From: Guillardia theta CCMP2712
Taxonomy: Eukaryota > Protista > Cryptophyta
Assembly (NCBI RefSeq): GCF_000315625.1
Contig: NW_005434672.1
Coordinates: 1,023,374-1,087,373, forward strand
DNA: 64,000 nt
Direction: 5' to 3'
The notes under the pieces were generated by a model, which worked only from the letters and a program-made list of their open reading frames with translations, had not been told where the DNA came from and did no database searches. Shown here one piece after another: positions 47,348 to 61,340 of this stretch. A program made the translations under genes and the position numbers. Positions within the stretch are counted from its first letter, which is position 1; the number at the start of each line of letters is the position of its first letter.

Positions 47348-48249
47348 TGGGACGGCGATCGAGGAAGGCAGAAGAACCTAGCGAAGCAGAGAGTCAGGGG
47401 GGAGGAATGGGGATGCCAAAGAAAGTGTACTTCAAGACAAGTCGTGGGCTGTGTGGAGTGCACGTGGAAGCGGAGGAACGGGAGAGGAGGAGAAGAGGAA
47501 GTTCTTAGGGGGCAGAGTTATTGGTTGGTGTACCAGAACGTGATACGCTGACCCCACCCCCTCTTCACCGTGCCATAGTCCTCCGCTTCTCCTCCCTTCC
47601 GTCCGCTTTGGCAACCACCCACCCCCTGACATCCACCCCTATCCATACATCAGTGTGTCTCCAAGTGCGAGGAAAGAGACGCCAATGCGTCCGATGGGGG
47701 CAAGACGCGATGAGTATCTGGCTTACGGCTTTCAGCCTAGTCTGCCACTCGAAGAATCGATGCCCTTCACTACCTTCTCCAACAGCTCGAAGTGGGGGTG
47801 CTTAGTTGTATTATGAGACGGTATAATATAGTCACGGCTCCCGAGGGTCTCATAGTAAACAGAGACGAGACGGTCACCTCACAGAACGTGACTAGTCAGT
47901 GTGACTGTAGGCGTACCTGGCAATGGGAAGTAGGGGTAGGGGTTACATGCACCTCCATATGACCGTACCATCGGCGAGGTGACTGACTCGGAAATGTCAC
48001 CGTGACCGGCCCTTTAGTTAAAAGTTAGGGGCCCGCCCGGGGTCGGCTGGGCCGCCCGGAGCGCGGCGCGAGTCTGTTAATGGAACTTGAAAAGGGTTGT
48101 TGCAGTGCCAGGAGGCGCAATATGCAACAAGCGCAACTGGCGAGGGGCGAGAAGGAGAGGCGATGAGGCGGAAGTGAGCAGAAACCTCTCGCAGACGAGA
48201 ACCAGAGATGTGTGAGGGCTGAGACTGCAATCACATTCACAGTAGAGCA

Positions 48250-50396
48250 ATGACGCGAGCTGCGCGTAGCAGTACACTGTGTGCGCTTGCCTTGCAGACA
48301 TGCTTGACAGCATCGTGGGGATTCTCATTCTCAACTCGCTCTACCTTTCATCCAGTCACTGCGTCTTGTCTGATGAAACAATACTCCGATGTAAGGACTC
48401 GCAGAGCAAACAAGCTGGGAGTAGCCGGCTTGGACGCAAAGGCAAGGGACAGCGTCCCCTACCGACTGCTGAGCTCGCATGTGTCGCTTGCATTGTCCCT
48501 GGCTTTGATGTTCCAGCCCATAATGAGTGCAGCTCATGCGACCACATTGGATTCACGTCTTCACAGTGAACAGAAAACAGCAGAAAAACATCAGCCTGAT
48601 ACCGATGCATTCTTTCTAGTATCCAACAGTGACTTCGACAGATTGACAGCGAAGCTTCGTGACAATTCAGGTCGTCAATCAAGTAGGAAGCCTAGTAAAA
48701 AGCTTAGAGATCAAATGCGGGAAATTAGATTGCCAGAGTACAATCGATATCGGTCACTGAGCGATGAGCTCAGAGATCAGAATCGCCTTCTAGTGCTTGA
48801 AGCTTGGGACATTATTCATAGGGGATCATTCGGATATCCAGGATGGTATGATCCCAATGGAGGCTTGTTTGTGGATCCTGAAACATTCCAGTCAAGAGCG
48901 AGAAAGGAGCTTGTGGAGTCTCTTTCTGTCAAAGACCTTTCTTCCAAGGTTGCAGCTGAAGATGTCATCAGAACCATGGTTGCAGAGCTGCATGATCCCT
49001 ACTCAAAGTTCCTCTCCAGCAGCGAATACCGAAGAGAGGCTGCTCCTCCTTCAGTGCTCTCTAACGTCAATCGGCTGGTCGGTGTTGGCGTTCAGCTTTT
49101 CGATCCCGTGGACGGGGAGGAGGACCTGGTGGTGGTCGCTCCTTCTCCTAACTCACCGGCTGAACGCGCTGGAATTAAACCCCTCGATCGGATCCTGCAG
49201 ATCGACGGGCTAGACGTGGGAGGGGAAGCCGCCCTTACAGCAGGCGAGGCCATGAGCCTCATCCGAGGATGGGAAGGAACAGACGTGAAGTTGCTCGTCA
49301 AGAGGGCAAGGGACCCTTCAGGGACCATCATGTTCGGGGATGATGTTCTCGGCGATCGCATTCCTCGCATCGTCCCGCAGGTAGCTGGAGATGATCTTGG
49401 ATTTGATCTTGCTAGGGATGTACAGCCTGAGCTGATCACACTCCGGAGGCAGCGGCTGAATGTTGCTCCTGCTCAAGCAGGAATTTTGGAAACTGTTGCA
49501 TCAACTGGAGTCCCTCAAAAGATTGGCTACATTAGGATAAATTATTTCAACCTTGAGGGCACAAAGTTCTTGTCAGAAGCTATTCAGAAGATGGAGGATG
49601 ATGGTGTAGGCGGCTACATCATTGACGTGCGAAATTGTTTGGGTGGAATTTTCAAGGAAGCGCTCATGACAGCAAGCATGTTTCAGGGAGGAGATGATAA
49701 CTCCGATTCTGAAAAGGGAGAACCCGATGCCGTGCTGATTAACATACTGGATGCAAGTGGATTCATAAAGCCTGAAAAGCTTTCGAAACAGATTGATTGG
49801 ATCAGGTGGCCGGAGAATGATGGACGGCCCTTGGCAAAACCTGTTCGGTCGGACAAACCGGTTCGGATCCTAACTAACCGAGGATCAGCTTCATCCAGCG
49901 AAGTCTTGGCCTTGTCTCTTGTCGGCAACAACAGAGCAGCGATTGTCGGTGAGAAAACATTTGGCAAAGCGCTGATTCAACACCCGTATTTTCTTGCAGA
50001 TGGCTCCGTGTTGAAACTCACCGTCGCGGAGTATCTGAGCCCAAAGAACCAACATCTCGGCAGCGGCTTATTGCCAAACACTCTCTGTGCCAATGCCCCT
50101 GAGATGGGCCCCGGCGATGATTGTTTGAGGATAGCACAAGAGCAGATCGCGCAAGACACAACATCTGTGGCATCAACCATCACAGACTCAGCAAATGCAA
50201 ACATGATACGAAACCGCCAATTAGAAGAAAGGCTGAGTTTCAAACCCAAATCCGCAGCAGCTATGCAGGTTGAACAAGGTGAGTTTGTAAGATTTGTGCG
50301 AATACTTCTGATCGGATTCATGACATAACATTCCCAGGTTCACAGATCAAATCAGATACATATCCATGGTTTGTTCGCTTTCTCCCATTGAATTAA
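48250..50396 (+). CDS. Carboxyl-terminal processing protease (S41A, CtpA/D1-protease family) with plastid and thylakoid-lumen targeting
   Basis: LHDPYSKFL, PDZ segment GVGVQL...SPAERAGIKPLDRILQIDG, IGYIRINYF, Ser motif SASSSEVLA and Lys motif TFGKALIQ. Presequence ...TASWG-F and a second hydrophobic stretch ending AAHA. Short last exon after an intron at about 50279. Confidence 0.85.
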
Positions 50397-50404
50397 ATGT
50401 TAAA

Positions 50405-51240
50405 TTAGGCAATATACTCGCTATCAAGTAGCAACTCAGAACATTTCCTGAACGATTCTTTTACTTCTTCTTTGTCTTTTTCGGCAGCGACGTGATCATT
50501 CATATTCGCCTTTCTTGAAGTTGTGAAATACTTGCAATGCACTGGGGGAGTCCAAGGCTCCTTGTACTTTGATAGTCTCTCAGCAGATTTCAATAACTCA
50601 AGCTCAGCTTGCTGGAGTGCCTGGGTCCTCATCAGAAAGAAGTTTCAAGAGAAACGAGCATTTGTACTTGTTTTGCCTTCAATGTTGCGTCAGAGAGTCC
50701 TGTAGGACATTCTCAATCATTCAGCGCAAGTGAAGTCGATTCTCCACCTGCAGAATCGATCGGCAGTTTCATCCATTTCTCCCCAATGTGAATATGCTTG
50801 AGCTCTTGCCACTTCAATGGGGTCTGATATCCTTCCTGCCATCAAATGTCACCTCGCAACTCTGTATTGAGGAAGTCAACTCACCTTGCAGTCATGGCCA
50901 TGATCGGGTAGACGCACAATCTTTTCACGCGCTGCTTCCAGCTCTCTCCGCATCATTTCGTTCTCGTGACAAAGGAAAGCAAGGCAGGCGTCGTTCACTT
51001 CCTGGTGCGTTCGAAGAACTTCTTTGATCTTGTCCTTCTCTGCCTCTTCGACTTCCCTGGTCTTCAAGAAAATATTGATCCGATCCGCACAACGTCTCAC
51101 TCTTTCTTCCATGTCTTCATCATCGGCGATGCTCATAGACGTTTCGCTCTTGAAGGGGAGGCATTCGTCAGAAGCAGGCAGTGACTGGTGGATCAGTTGT
51201 TACATGGTCGATGGTCTCAATCCGTACCTTGTCTAAAGAT
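50405..51240 (-). CDS. Hypothetical coiled-coil protein, multi-exon, 5' end unresolved
   Basis: Exon-like ORFs 50876-51136 and 50405-50632 with charged heptad composition and splice-like boundaries. Confidence 0.5.
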
Positions 51241-51719
51241 GGCTCTGCCTGTTTGCAGTGAATGACCACAGAGCAACAAGACTGAGATCAAGAAACTCAC
51301 GTCGATCTCCATCACTTACATACATTCCAGAGGGTCCACGATGAAAACATAGTTGCAGCCGTCAAGGGAGAAAACTAAACATACTTCCCTGGGAGAGAGT
51401 TTAGCCTTGACGCTCAGGAAAGAAACTGATTCGGAAGCTTGTCATGATGGCATCATCTCTTCAACTTCATACATCCCATCAACATTATCACCGGGTCATC
51501 ATATGCTACTTGCTTCTCTAACTTTCAGTCCATGTTCACCTCCTTGTTTCCTTAAGTTCCAGTATAATCCCGATCACTGTCATTCACATCATTTTCTGCA
51601 TCATCAGGCTCCTGCTCTAGTGTAGCTACAGTAGCTACCAGCTTGAAATTTGAAGAGGCGAGGCGATGCGACTTGTACGGGTCCGACACTGATGAGAAAG
51701 AGTTTGGAGCCTGCCTCAG

Positions 51720-52295
51720 AGACCGATCGCACGGTCCGCCGCCCGGCGGCCGGGCCGGCCGGGCCCGGCCACGCGGCGCCCCCAGCCCGCCGGGCCCGTT
51801 CACCGCGGCTCAGTGGAGCCTCGGCCGCCGCCGGGAGGTCCGACCGCTGACAGTGCGGTGCCACCGGGTGACCGGTGAGTCACGGGGCGGCCCCGCGGGG
51901 CAGCCGGGGGGGCCGGTACGGCCCGGTACGGACGGTCCGACCGTCGGACGGCGCCGCCGGACCGTACCGCTCAGTACTGGCCGCGCCGGAGTCACCGGGT
52001 CGTCACCCGGGCCGCCACTGCTGCAGCGGCGCCGCGCGGCGGCCCGGGCGGCCCCGGTTTGCCCGGCCGGGCACGGTTGGCAGTGCGGCCCGACTCGGGC
52101 ACGCCGCGGACCGGGTCGGCGGCCGTGGCCGCTGAGACCGGACGGTACTATGGTACTCAGTGACGGTCCGATCACCGCGACGGCCGGGTCCCGGCCACGG
52201 GCCGCCGGGCGGCACGCCCCGCTCACCGGGCCGAGCCACCCAGTCAAGAACAGCCGGGCGGCCTGTACGGTGGATGACGTGTCCGTGAGCTAGGG
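51720..52295. promoter_or_regulatory. GC-rich CCGG/GTCAC-motif island between divergent genes
   Basis: Same word usage as 16560-17910. It sits upstream of ERp29(+) and of the minus-strand hypothetical gene. Confidence 0.45.
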
Positions 52296-52580
52296 TGGGG
52301 CCCTGATAGGGGGTTAATCAGTGGGGAATGAAGGGTCCATTGCAGCGGGGGTACTAAATCACAGCCCGCCCCGCCTTTGATGAAATGGCCACGGACCCCT
52401 TCGTTCCCCTCTTAGTACCCCCATCTATCTAGCTGTCCAGAACATTCTGCTCAAAATGGTTTGGGCAATGGAAATTTGATTAAGGTGTATCTATAGACTT
52501 CAAATTTCAGAAAGAATGTTGGAAATTATCACATAAAGTGGACCTCTCCCCTGACGGCAGCAATCGGATTAGTGGACGGC

Positions 52581-53399
52581 ATGCAGCGCGTGCTTCAGCT
52601 TGTCGCGCTTGTCGCGTGTTTTGCAGTTGTATCCTCGCTCAGCAATGGCGTCATCAGTCTCGACAAGTACACGTTTGACAAGATCGTCGGCAAGGAGAGA
52701 CCTGTGCTTGTTCGCTTTGATCAGGATTATTCGGTATTCTCCCTCTGTACGTGATATACCCACATGCTCTCTAACATGTCTGCAGTATGGGGATGAGAAT
52801 GATGCATATGAGTATGCAGCCAAGAATGCAACTTCATCTGAAATCCTCGTAGCAAGTGTGGGAATCAGTGAATGGGGAGAAAAGGAGAATCAGGATCTCG
52901 CTGATCGATTTGGTGTGAAGAAGGAGGATTGGCCGAGGTACATTTTCTTCCCCAAGGGATCGAAGGAGGGCGTGACCTTCTCCGGAAACAAGAAGGATAC
53001 TTATGCCATTCTTCAGTTTATCCGCAAGCAGGTGAGATTTGGTTGAGGAGGTTGTTTCCAGCTGGAGGTGACGAAACTCTGCAGGGCGTCTGGGTTGGCC
53101 TTCCTGGCTGCCATGAGAAGTTCGATGAGCTTGCGTCGCAGTTCATGTCCTCCAAGGACAAGCGCGCTGACATCATCAAACAAGCTGAGAAGCTCTTGGC
53201 GGAGATCAAAGATGACAAAGAGAGAACTTCTGCTAAGTTTTACATTGCTGCAATGAGGAAGATCGAAGAGAAGGGAGATTCTTTTGTTGAGAACGAGTCC
53301 CAGCGCCTCAAGTCTATGCTGGACAAAGCTACTCTCAAGAAGAACAAGAAAGATGAGTTCCAGACGCGATTGAACGTGCTGTCATCGTTCAACCTCTAG
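52581..53399 (+). CDS. ERP29: ERp29/Windbeutel-like redox-inactive PDI-family chaperone; 3 exons
   Basis: Signal peptide; GVISLDKYTFDKIV...VLVRFD..YS|YGDEND; LVASVGISEWGEKENQDLADRFGVKKEDWP; D-domain GLPGCHEKFDELASQF...RLNVLSSF. No CxxC. Confidence 0.88.
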
Positions 53400-53559
53400 A
53401 GTTGAAATGGAACTCTTGTCGCTCTTGCTCTGATGGACGAGGCAGAGGTTTGTTCCGAGGTGAATGTGCTTGAGCTATAAATATGAAGTTGTAATATGAG
53501 AATAAAGATACATTCGTTGCCCATTTTTCATCTTGAAATTCAAAGACATTGCTCAAAAC

Positions 53560-55015
53560 TCGTTACGCATCTGCTGTGGTGCCAGTAGTACCTTCCGTGC
53601 CGGGAACATTTGTTTGCAGCTTTCTTAACATTTCCGCTCTTAATCTCAATCTTCCAACCTTGTTGTAGTGTAAGAGGGGGACAGTTTGGATGAACATTAA
53701 GAAATAACCTGCATCTGCAACTCCTTCAACTCTGTGAGAACCAATTCATCGTCGTCGTCATCACTCCTTGACTCCGTCTGAGGAGAATATGTCAATTACA
53801 CAAAAGTCCTCTTCCCACAAACAGAATGAATCTTTCTACCTTGGTGGGAGCAGGACCAACAGGGCTCAAGAAATACTCATCCTTCCGTGCCCAATAATAA
53901 AGTGTCGGCCACAGGAAGACCTGCAAACGTGTCCAAATTGAATCAGAAGACGTAAGGGAACTGAGACAGATAGGGAACTAATGGGAGTTTCATAAGAGAG
54001 CCACGGGGGCGAAACAGGATATGGAGACTCACGTGCATCGTTAGCGTCACAACCCACGTTGGAAACAGAACCCAACGCAGAAAAACCTCATAGACAAGTG
54101 CGCTGTTGAGAATTCGCAAAATCTCAGCCCCCTGATAGATCTGAACGAGTCGCCACAGCGTAAATGGAATAGGAACAAGAGGCCAGACAGGAGATCCACT
54201 GAAAAGATCAAATTGATCATCAAAATGGTTACATTTTCGACTTTTCTCACCTGTACCCAACCAAACGCCAAGAGATGAGCTGCTCAACTATGCCCAGAAA
54301 GTATGGAGCAAACACTGCTAGGACCGTCGCTGATGCCAACCCAAAGAAGGGGCTGATGACGAAAAAGATCATGGGCAGGAGGATTCCCAAGGAGAGCATT
54401 ACACTGATCCAAGTCTCTGCAAAGCAACATTAGAAGGGGACAACGCAACCAGTGGGGTTGCATTCATGATTGAGGATGGAGAAAAGCAACAGCAGATAAG
54501 GACTTGCCAGCAGCTTCAGGCAGCGGGTTTGGTAGTCTCCAGCTCGCATAATTCTTGTAGCGACCACAGAGGCTGATGAAATATGCAGTTGTGATCGCAA
54601 TGAAGATCATCTCATTGCGGAAAATGAAGCCCATGAGCTCTTTCATCTGCAGAGAGAACGAGAGAGAAGCAGGGTTCAATGATAGCGACAGTGCGTATGC
54701 ATTCTGAACAAAGAGCATGCTGAACCCGGTGAAGTAGAGAACGAGGAGATTCGGAAGCTTCAACATTGAGTTGAGAAATCTGACACCAGGGGGTCGTGGT
54801 TGAGTGTTGAGACGAGAGTTTTGTGCTCGGTCACCATGAGCGGTGGTATGGCATACAAGCTGGTGTTTGCGAATGAATTTTCGGTTGAGAGGCTCCAATC
54901 CTGCCAGCTGCCTTTGACCACCAGTCATGCTCGTTATGCATGGATAGCGCGGGACTTGGAATGACCCAGACATGTGAAAGCTCATGCTGAGCAGCAGCAG
55001 TGAGATCTTGGACAT
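53560..55015 (-). CDS. Uncharacterised multi-pass membrane protein with bipartite plastid-type presequence; 3' end approximate
   Basis: MSKISLLLLSMSFHMSGS-FQVP, then several hydrophobic exons (WISVMLSLGILLPMIFF..., SPVWPLVPIPFTLWRLVQI). Confidence 0.6.
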
Positions 55016-55521
55016 GGCAGTGAGATGACTTGTTGGCTCCACAACCTAATCGAGATCACAAGCGCTCAATTCTTCGTTTTAACCGCCATGAGCGCGAAGG
55101 ACCGGCCAGGCACCTGCATGTTCCGTTGAGCGGCCTTCCTCTTTCCCTCTTGGGGGCAGCAACTTTCCTCAATAGACCAACAGGAGATGCCATTGGTCAA
55201 ACGGTATTTATAACGGTCCGTCGTAGCAACGGACCGGACTGATGATGTGGGTCCCGGAGTCCGCCCAGGAACGCTATATGATAACCGTCGGCCCACCCAG
55301 CCGCACTACCCCCCGGTTCTAGACGAGTCGGACCCTACCCGTACTGGCGCCAGCCCCAGACAGGTAGTACCCCTCCTCACCCCCGGGAGTTCAGCGATGA
55401 TTCTTGGCTGAGCGGCTGGGCTAGATGGCAACTAGGCCCGGGTGACCCCACCCCTCGGGAAATGACCCACCCCTTCAATCTCCTTCGCGCAGGTCCTCTA
55501 CCAAGTCCAACGGCCGGCAGC

Positions 55522-57006
55522 ATGACGGGAGGGAGCGGGCATCGCAAGAGCGCTATGGATAGGATCGGGTACTTCGGGGAGGAAGGATACATCTCTGTTG
55601 GCGATCCTTATGATAAGAAAACGAAAGGTGAGATTTCCTGTCAGAAATAGATGACATAGCATGTGCATGTAATTGCTGAATCCGACTTGTGCAAACGTGT
55701 TCACAAGGCAGCATCTTGTTGCTATATTGGTTGCAATACTGCCTGTTCGATGTTCCGCGGCAGAAACTCAAATCTGTCTGAGCACCAACTGATCGCATGC
55801 TCTCTCTCAACAGAAAGCTTGGATCGTGAACGAGGGTTACAGATGACGACGTCACCAATGTACAAAAACAACAAGTATGGCCTGAACAATGGCACCTTCA
55901 ACAAGTTTGAAGGATTGTATAATGTAAGGAAAGTGACAGACCAAAATTTGTGTAACGAGTTGTGCTGCACAGGGCGAGCCGTACATCACATTGGAACAAT
56001 ACAGAAGACAACAAAGAAACAAAGAGAGCTCAAAGAATGTTTCTGACGTTCAGTTTAAACCATCGAATCCTCCCAAGAAGTCGTTAGGGAATCTGGGATC
56101 CTTCTATGGAACAGTTGGTTATGTCGATCGAAAATCACAACCATTTCCCGCCGGAGGTAGCATCACTTACATGCCCCAGGGAGATGGGATGAAGAAAAAG
56201 ATAAAAGGGGAAGTTACACATGAACCTCTAAACATCGTAACCAACCCGACTCGGAAAGGAACTTTTGGGTATCCAAACCTTACCATTGGGGTGCCGGGAG
56301 CAGCGCAGGCGAAGAGAGCATGGAAGGGAGTGGCTGGTGAGTATGCATACACTCCGGATCCATACGATGCGTCAAGATTGCAGAGGAAGGAGGAGAGAGA
56401 AAAGTTCAAACACATGTATGACAACCCATGGAAACCTGCAAACCCAACGAAAAAGGGAGGGCCAGGAATGTGGGGAGGGCATCGGGCGTTATTTGATCAT
56501 CCCAAAGATTGTGGAGGGACAATATCACAATATCATGAGTACATCCCAACGGGAACAGAAACGAAGAAGACTAAGCAAATGATTGAAAAAGAGGTGAGTG
56601 GTTTGAATGTCTTGCATGTTGGCAAGAAGACTAATCTGTGCTTCTCGTTTCATGGTAGAAATGGGCGGATCCTTATGATCGTGCAGCATTTAAGCCCCCT
56701 AGTCGCCTCAAACGGGGAGGACCAGGTTTTTGGGGCTGCGGGAAGAAGAGCGGAGGATCTCTTACCTTCAGTGAGTTTCCCGTCGCCTATCAAGATCCCT
56801 ACGACACCTTAAGGTCAGACTGCACACGTTCGAGCAGACGACTTCGAGCTGAGCTGACACTTGAATGAAGGACCAAGGTGCTGATGGAGAAGAAGGCGAT
56901 GAAGGAGAAACTTGGGCCTCTAGCTGAAAGAGTTGCATTCTTGCCCCCATCAGTAGGCAGATCGAAACGAACACCGAGCATTTTCACCATGAACATCAAA
57001 GTTTGA
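55522..57006 (+). CDS. CFAP96: Cilia- and flagella-associated protein 96 (C4orf47/DUF4586-like); multi-exon
   Basis: MDRIGYFGEEGYISVGDPY, GEPYITLEQYRR, FKPSNPPKK..GSFYGTVG and NIVTNPTRKGTFGYPNLTIG parallel the C4orf47 motifs. Confidence 0.8.
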
Positions 57007-57105
57007 TCTTCATGCCTCCTCCCTGTAATTTTTTTTGGTCTCTCCTAATCACAGCCATCCTAAGAGTTTTATTGAAGCACCATTTTCCAGAAAATTTGCA
57101 AAAGC

Positions 57106-58089
57106 TTAACCAGGTCGGCTCGACTTGGTGTACATCTGACAATAGACTAAATGGCTATAGCATGCGTTCTTGTACTCGAATCTTGCTCCACAGGACTGGC
57201 AGAACCATGGACCTCGATTCTCCTTCGTTCGCAGAGGACATAGATTGCGCATGTGGCGGAGAGCGCGGTCGAGGTCTCGGTAGCTCTTATTGCAGAGAGC
57301 AAACCTGCAATAAAACCTCTTGGTGTCGGGAGCGTTGGGGAAATGGTGGCAAAGATGTTGATTGAGGCGGCTGGCGCTGTTGAATTTTCTGCTGCACTTT
57401 GCAAGAGGACAAGTCCATGTCATCTCCACCTGAACCCTCCTCGTCAACGTCCTCTTCCTTTGCTTTGCAGCCTTCCGGTTCTCGATCAATCGTGCTCGCT
57501 CCTTGTCGAAGTCGATGAACAACTTGTACATCCTCTTCCAGATGTCAGCAGGCATGACGAGGGTGCGGAGAGAGATGGCGGAAAGTCTGTCGTGCCTCAA
57601 GCAGAGATATCTCCAGATTTCACCTGCATCCACGAGATTCCGACAAAACGTTGATGTCAACAATAAGTAACTGATGGACCGCAGGGGAAGAAATTTGACG
57701 ACCAAACCAAGCACACAATCAGGCAACGAGAGGAGAAACAGTCTCCCGTGAGGTCTCCTTGCCATGCGAGCCACTGGACATTTCAAGATCTTGTTTGTCT
57801 TCACCTTTCGGGGTTGTTGCTTTGTAATCCAAGAAGTCTGCTGCAAATCCTTGGCATCAGCATTGTCGCATGATTGTTCCTTACAGCAGCTGCTGTATCT
57901 GTCTTCGTTGCCTGTACTCCCATGCTTTGGGTAAGATTTTGCTCCCTCAATCCTTATCTTGAGCTTTTTTTGCAATTGCACGATTTCCTCGCGCAGTCTC
58001 TCTTTTCTCTTCTGCAATCCAGAATCCATAGTGAGACCGGTATCGAGGTTACCTTGACGTTGAGTCCATGAAATCGTTTGCCATGACAA
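57106..58089 (-). CDS. F-box protein with three C-terminal C2H2/C2HC-type zinc fingers; start uncertain
   Basis: F-box-like LLSLPDCVLGLVVKFLPLRSISYLLLTSTFCRNLV...IWRYLC. Fingers CPLAKC...HLCHH, CRFALC...HMRNLC and CQSC...HLVYC. Confidence 0.75.
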   Translation of the reverse strand: MSWQTISWTQRQGNLDTGLTMDSGLQKRKERLREEIVQLQKKLKIRIEGAKSYPKHGSTGNEDRYSSCCKEQSCDNADAKDLQQTSWITKQQPRKVKTNKILKCPVARMARRPHGRLFLLSLPDCVLGLVVKFLPLRSISYLLLTSTFCRNLVDAGEIWRYLCLRHDRLSAISLRTLVMPADIWKRMYKLFIDFDKERARLIENRKAAKQRKRTLTRRVQVEMTWTCPLAKCSRKFNSASRLNQHLCHHFPNAPDTKRFYCRFALCNKSYRDLDRALRHMRNLCPLRTKENRGPWFCQSCGARFEYKNACYSHLVYCQMYTKSSRPG

Positions 58090-58432
58090 TTCTCATATTC
58101 TAAACCCTACATTACGGAGTCTTTCCTTCATCGTAGATGGCGACAACACTGTTGCGAAATTTGTCAAATTTGTAGGATATAGTAGTAGAATCCCGACGAT
58201 TCTGTAAATATGCACTTTTAGGATCGATGCGAAGGATGTCGTTTTTGAAAACAAACAAGCAGGGGAACGAGTTTGGGCTAAGCAACGACTCGTTGATTGC
58301 TATATCACACATGCACCCCACTCTCCCGCCATTGCGGCATTTTCCACGTGCTACTCGGAGCGGGCCAACCCCTTCAAGTCATGTGTCCAGGCCCTGGTCC
58401 AGGCCCGCGCAGGTTACTTCCTGGTTCGAGCA

Positions 58433-59394
<962 letters not shown>

Positions 59395-59517
59395 TCCATC
59401 ATCTCACACAAGCTCGCGACGCTGCATACGAGAACATGAGCGGGAAAAGATGTTAATTTGATGAGGAATATAAGATGAGTCTGCAAGGATTAAAAACACT
59501 GCAAGGAGGAGAGAAGT

Positions 59518-61340
59518 TCACTGTGGGTCAAGAGTCTGATGTAGTTTGAGCTGTCCTTGAAAGTCCAACTTCCAAACCTTCACCTGCAGCCGGGGTTTAC
59601 TTCATCGATAGAAGCGCACAGAACATGCTTGCCTGCCCATTCTCAGCCGAAGCAGCCAAAGTCGTTCCCGTCAAGTTCCATCCAACTCTCCAGTAGGGCA
59701 TCACAGCTCCGCTGAAGAGACAATCAACAACTACCCTCCAGCTGAGATACACCTGTACCTCGCGTCTTCTTGAGGAGTTGGCAGCACCGAAGGCTTGTCC
59801 AAGTTTTCAATGCGATCTCCTGCTGATGTACATCAAAACTATCAAAGAGGAGGGATATCGAACCTGACGCCGAGCTCCATCCTGTGAACAGCGGAAGCCT
59901 CCACACCTTCAACCATATCAGACACAACAATCGCGCACCAACTAGATTGACCTGAACACTTGAGCCGATGGCTGCGGCTAGCAGATGCATTGGACGTCCC
60001 ATGTTTGGAGCCCAATCAATGTCTCTCACCTACAAATGGGATGAGGAAACTCCTTTCGACCGTAGAGTATGTCATCAATACTTCTCCTCGTTCTCCTTTC
60101 TTGTCGGGCTCAATGTCTAGTTTGGTAATCATCTGCCACCTTTGTTGTTCATTGCAATATCCTATGGGTCATATTCAGTATGGTTTTTGAACAAACCTCC
60201 ATGGATATTTAATACCCCAGACTGAAGCAGATGTGTGCAGCTGACGAGAAGAATCTGATTGATTAGAAGCAGGTCTCCAGCACCCTACAGCTAACATGGG
60301 TTGTTCGACTCTATTCTTATTCCAGCTGTACGTTTGTTATGAGACTACAACTTGACAGGAGAAAGAAATTTGACCTGACACAGGTAATGTATGAAGACAA
60401 ACCAGCTCCATCGACATCGAATTCGCTTGAAAGCGTCCACTGGTTGAGATTTGTTGGGTTTCCTTGGTGTATTCTAACCTATCATCCTGGTCAAACAAAC
60501 CTTTGCATTCACTCGGACTACCTTTCCGTCGTTGCATGCTGAAGCCAGCTGCAGTCCCAAGTGGCTTGGAGCAAACGCAATACTGTTCACTGCCTTCTGA
60601 AAGTCCATAAGTGTGGCTACAGGCTGTGAGAAAGTGTTCATTCCGGTAACTGTCATTCGATTCGCAATTTCAACCTCGAATTTGATCTTGAACTCGGAGT
60701 TCCCAGAGTATCCGAACTGTGAGGTCAATCAGAACATCTTAAAACGAGGAAAGACCAGAGAAGCAAACGCCAACCTCTTTCTCTCGCCAAATGATCACCT
60801 GAACTTGAAATCAGCCTCATACACCAACGCAAGAAAACAATAGCACCGTTCGATCATCCGAGCATGAAGCTAAAACTTGTCCAAACTCAGGATGAGCCCA
60901 ATCCACCTGACCAATCATGTAAGATTCAGGCACAATCCTTGAAATTTCGAGGATTTGGATACGGAATTTCCTACCTTCCATATCGCAGATCTATGACCAG
61001 AACCGGATCCTCCAAACCTTACACGAGCTCATCAAGAAGTTTTCGAGCTAAGTGCAAGACAATCTCACGGAGGTGATATCAATCGCCATTGATCATCATC
61101 ATCCTTGTCAAACACGCGAATGGTCTGCAACATCATTAGAGATAGTACTTGCTCCCGCGGCATCCTCTGTACCTTGTCACTGGAGCAAGTGGCAATGCGT
61201 TTTCCGTAGTAATCATGCGCAATATAGTGGATACATGCTGTATGACCGGTAGAAATCTGATCATCGGTCAGAACGACGCTCTTCACTCATGCTAGAAGTT
61301 GTACCTTATCAACTGGCCTGCGAGCAGTCGCCATCTGCAT
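59518..61340 (-). CDS. SEH1: Nucleoporin SEH1 (WD40; Y-complex/GATOR2); many short exons
   Basis: HDYYGKRIATCSSDK, WAHPEFGQVLASCSDDRT, FAPSHLGLQLASACNDG, VRDIDWAPNMGRPMHLLA and WRVGWNLTGTTLAASAENG. Confidence 0.88.

Noticed and set aside
43680-47450. Terminal inverted repeats and target-site duplication for the Harbinger element
   Set aside because: No matching inverted ends could be found by eye, so element boundaries are not claimed.
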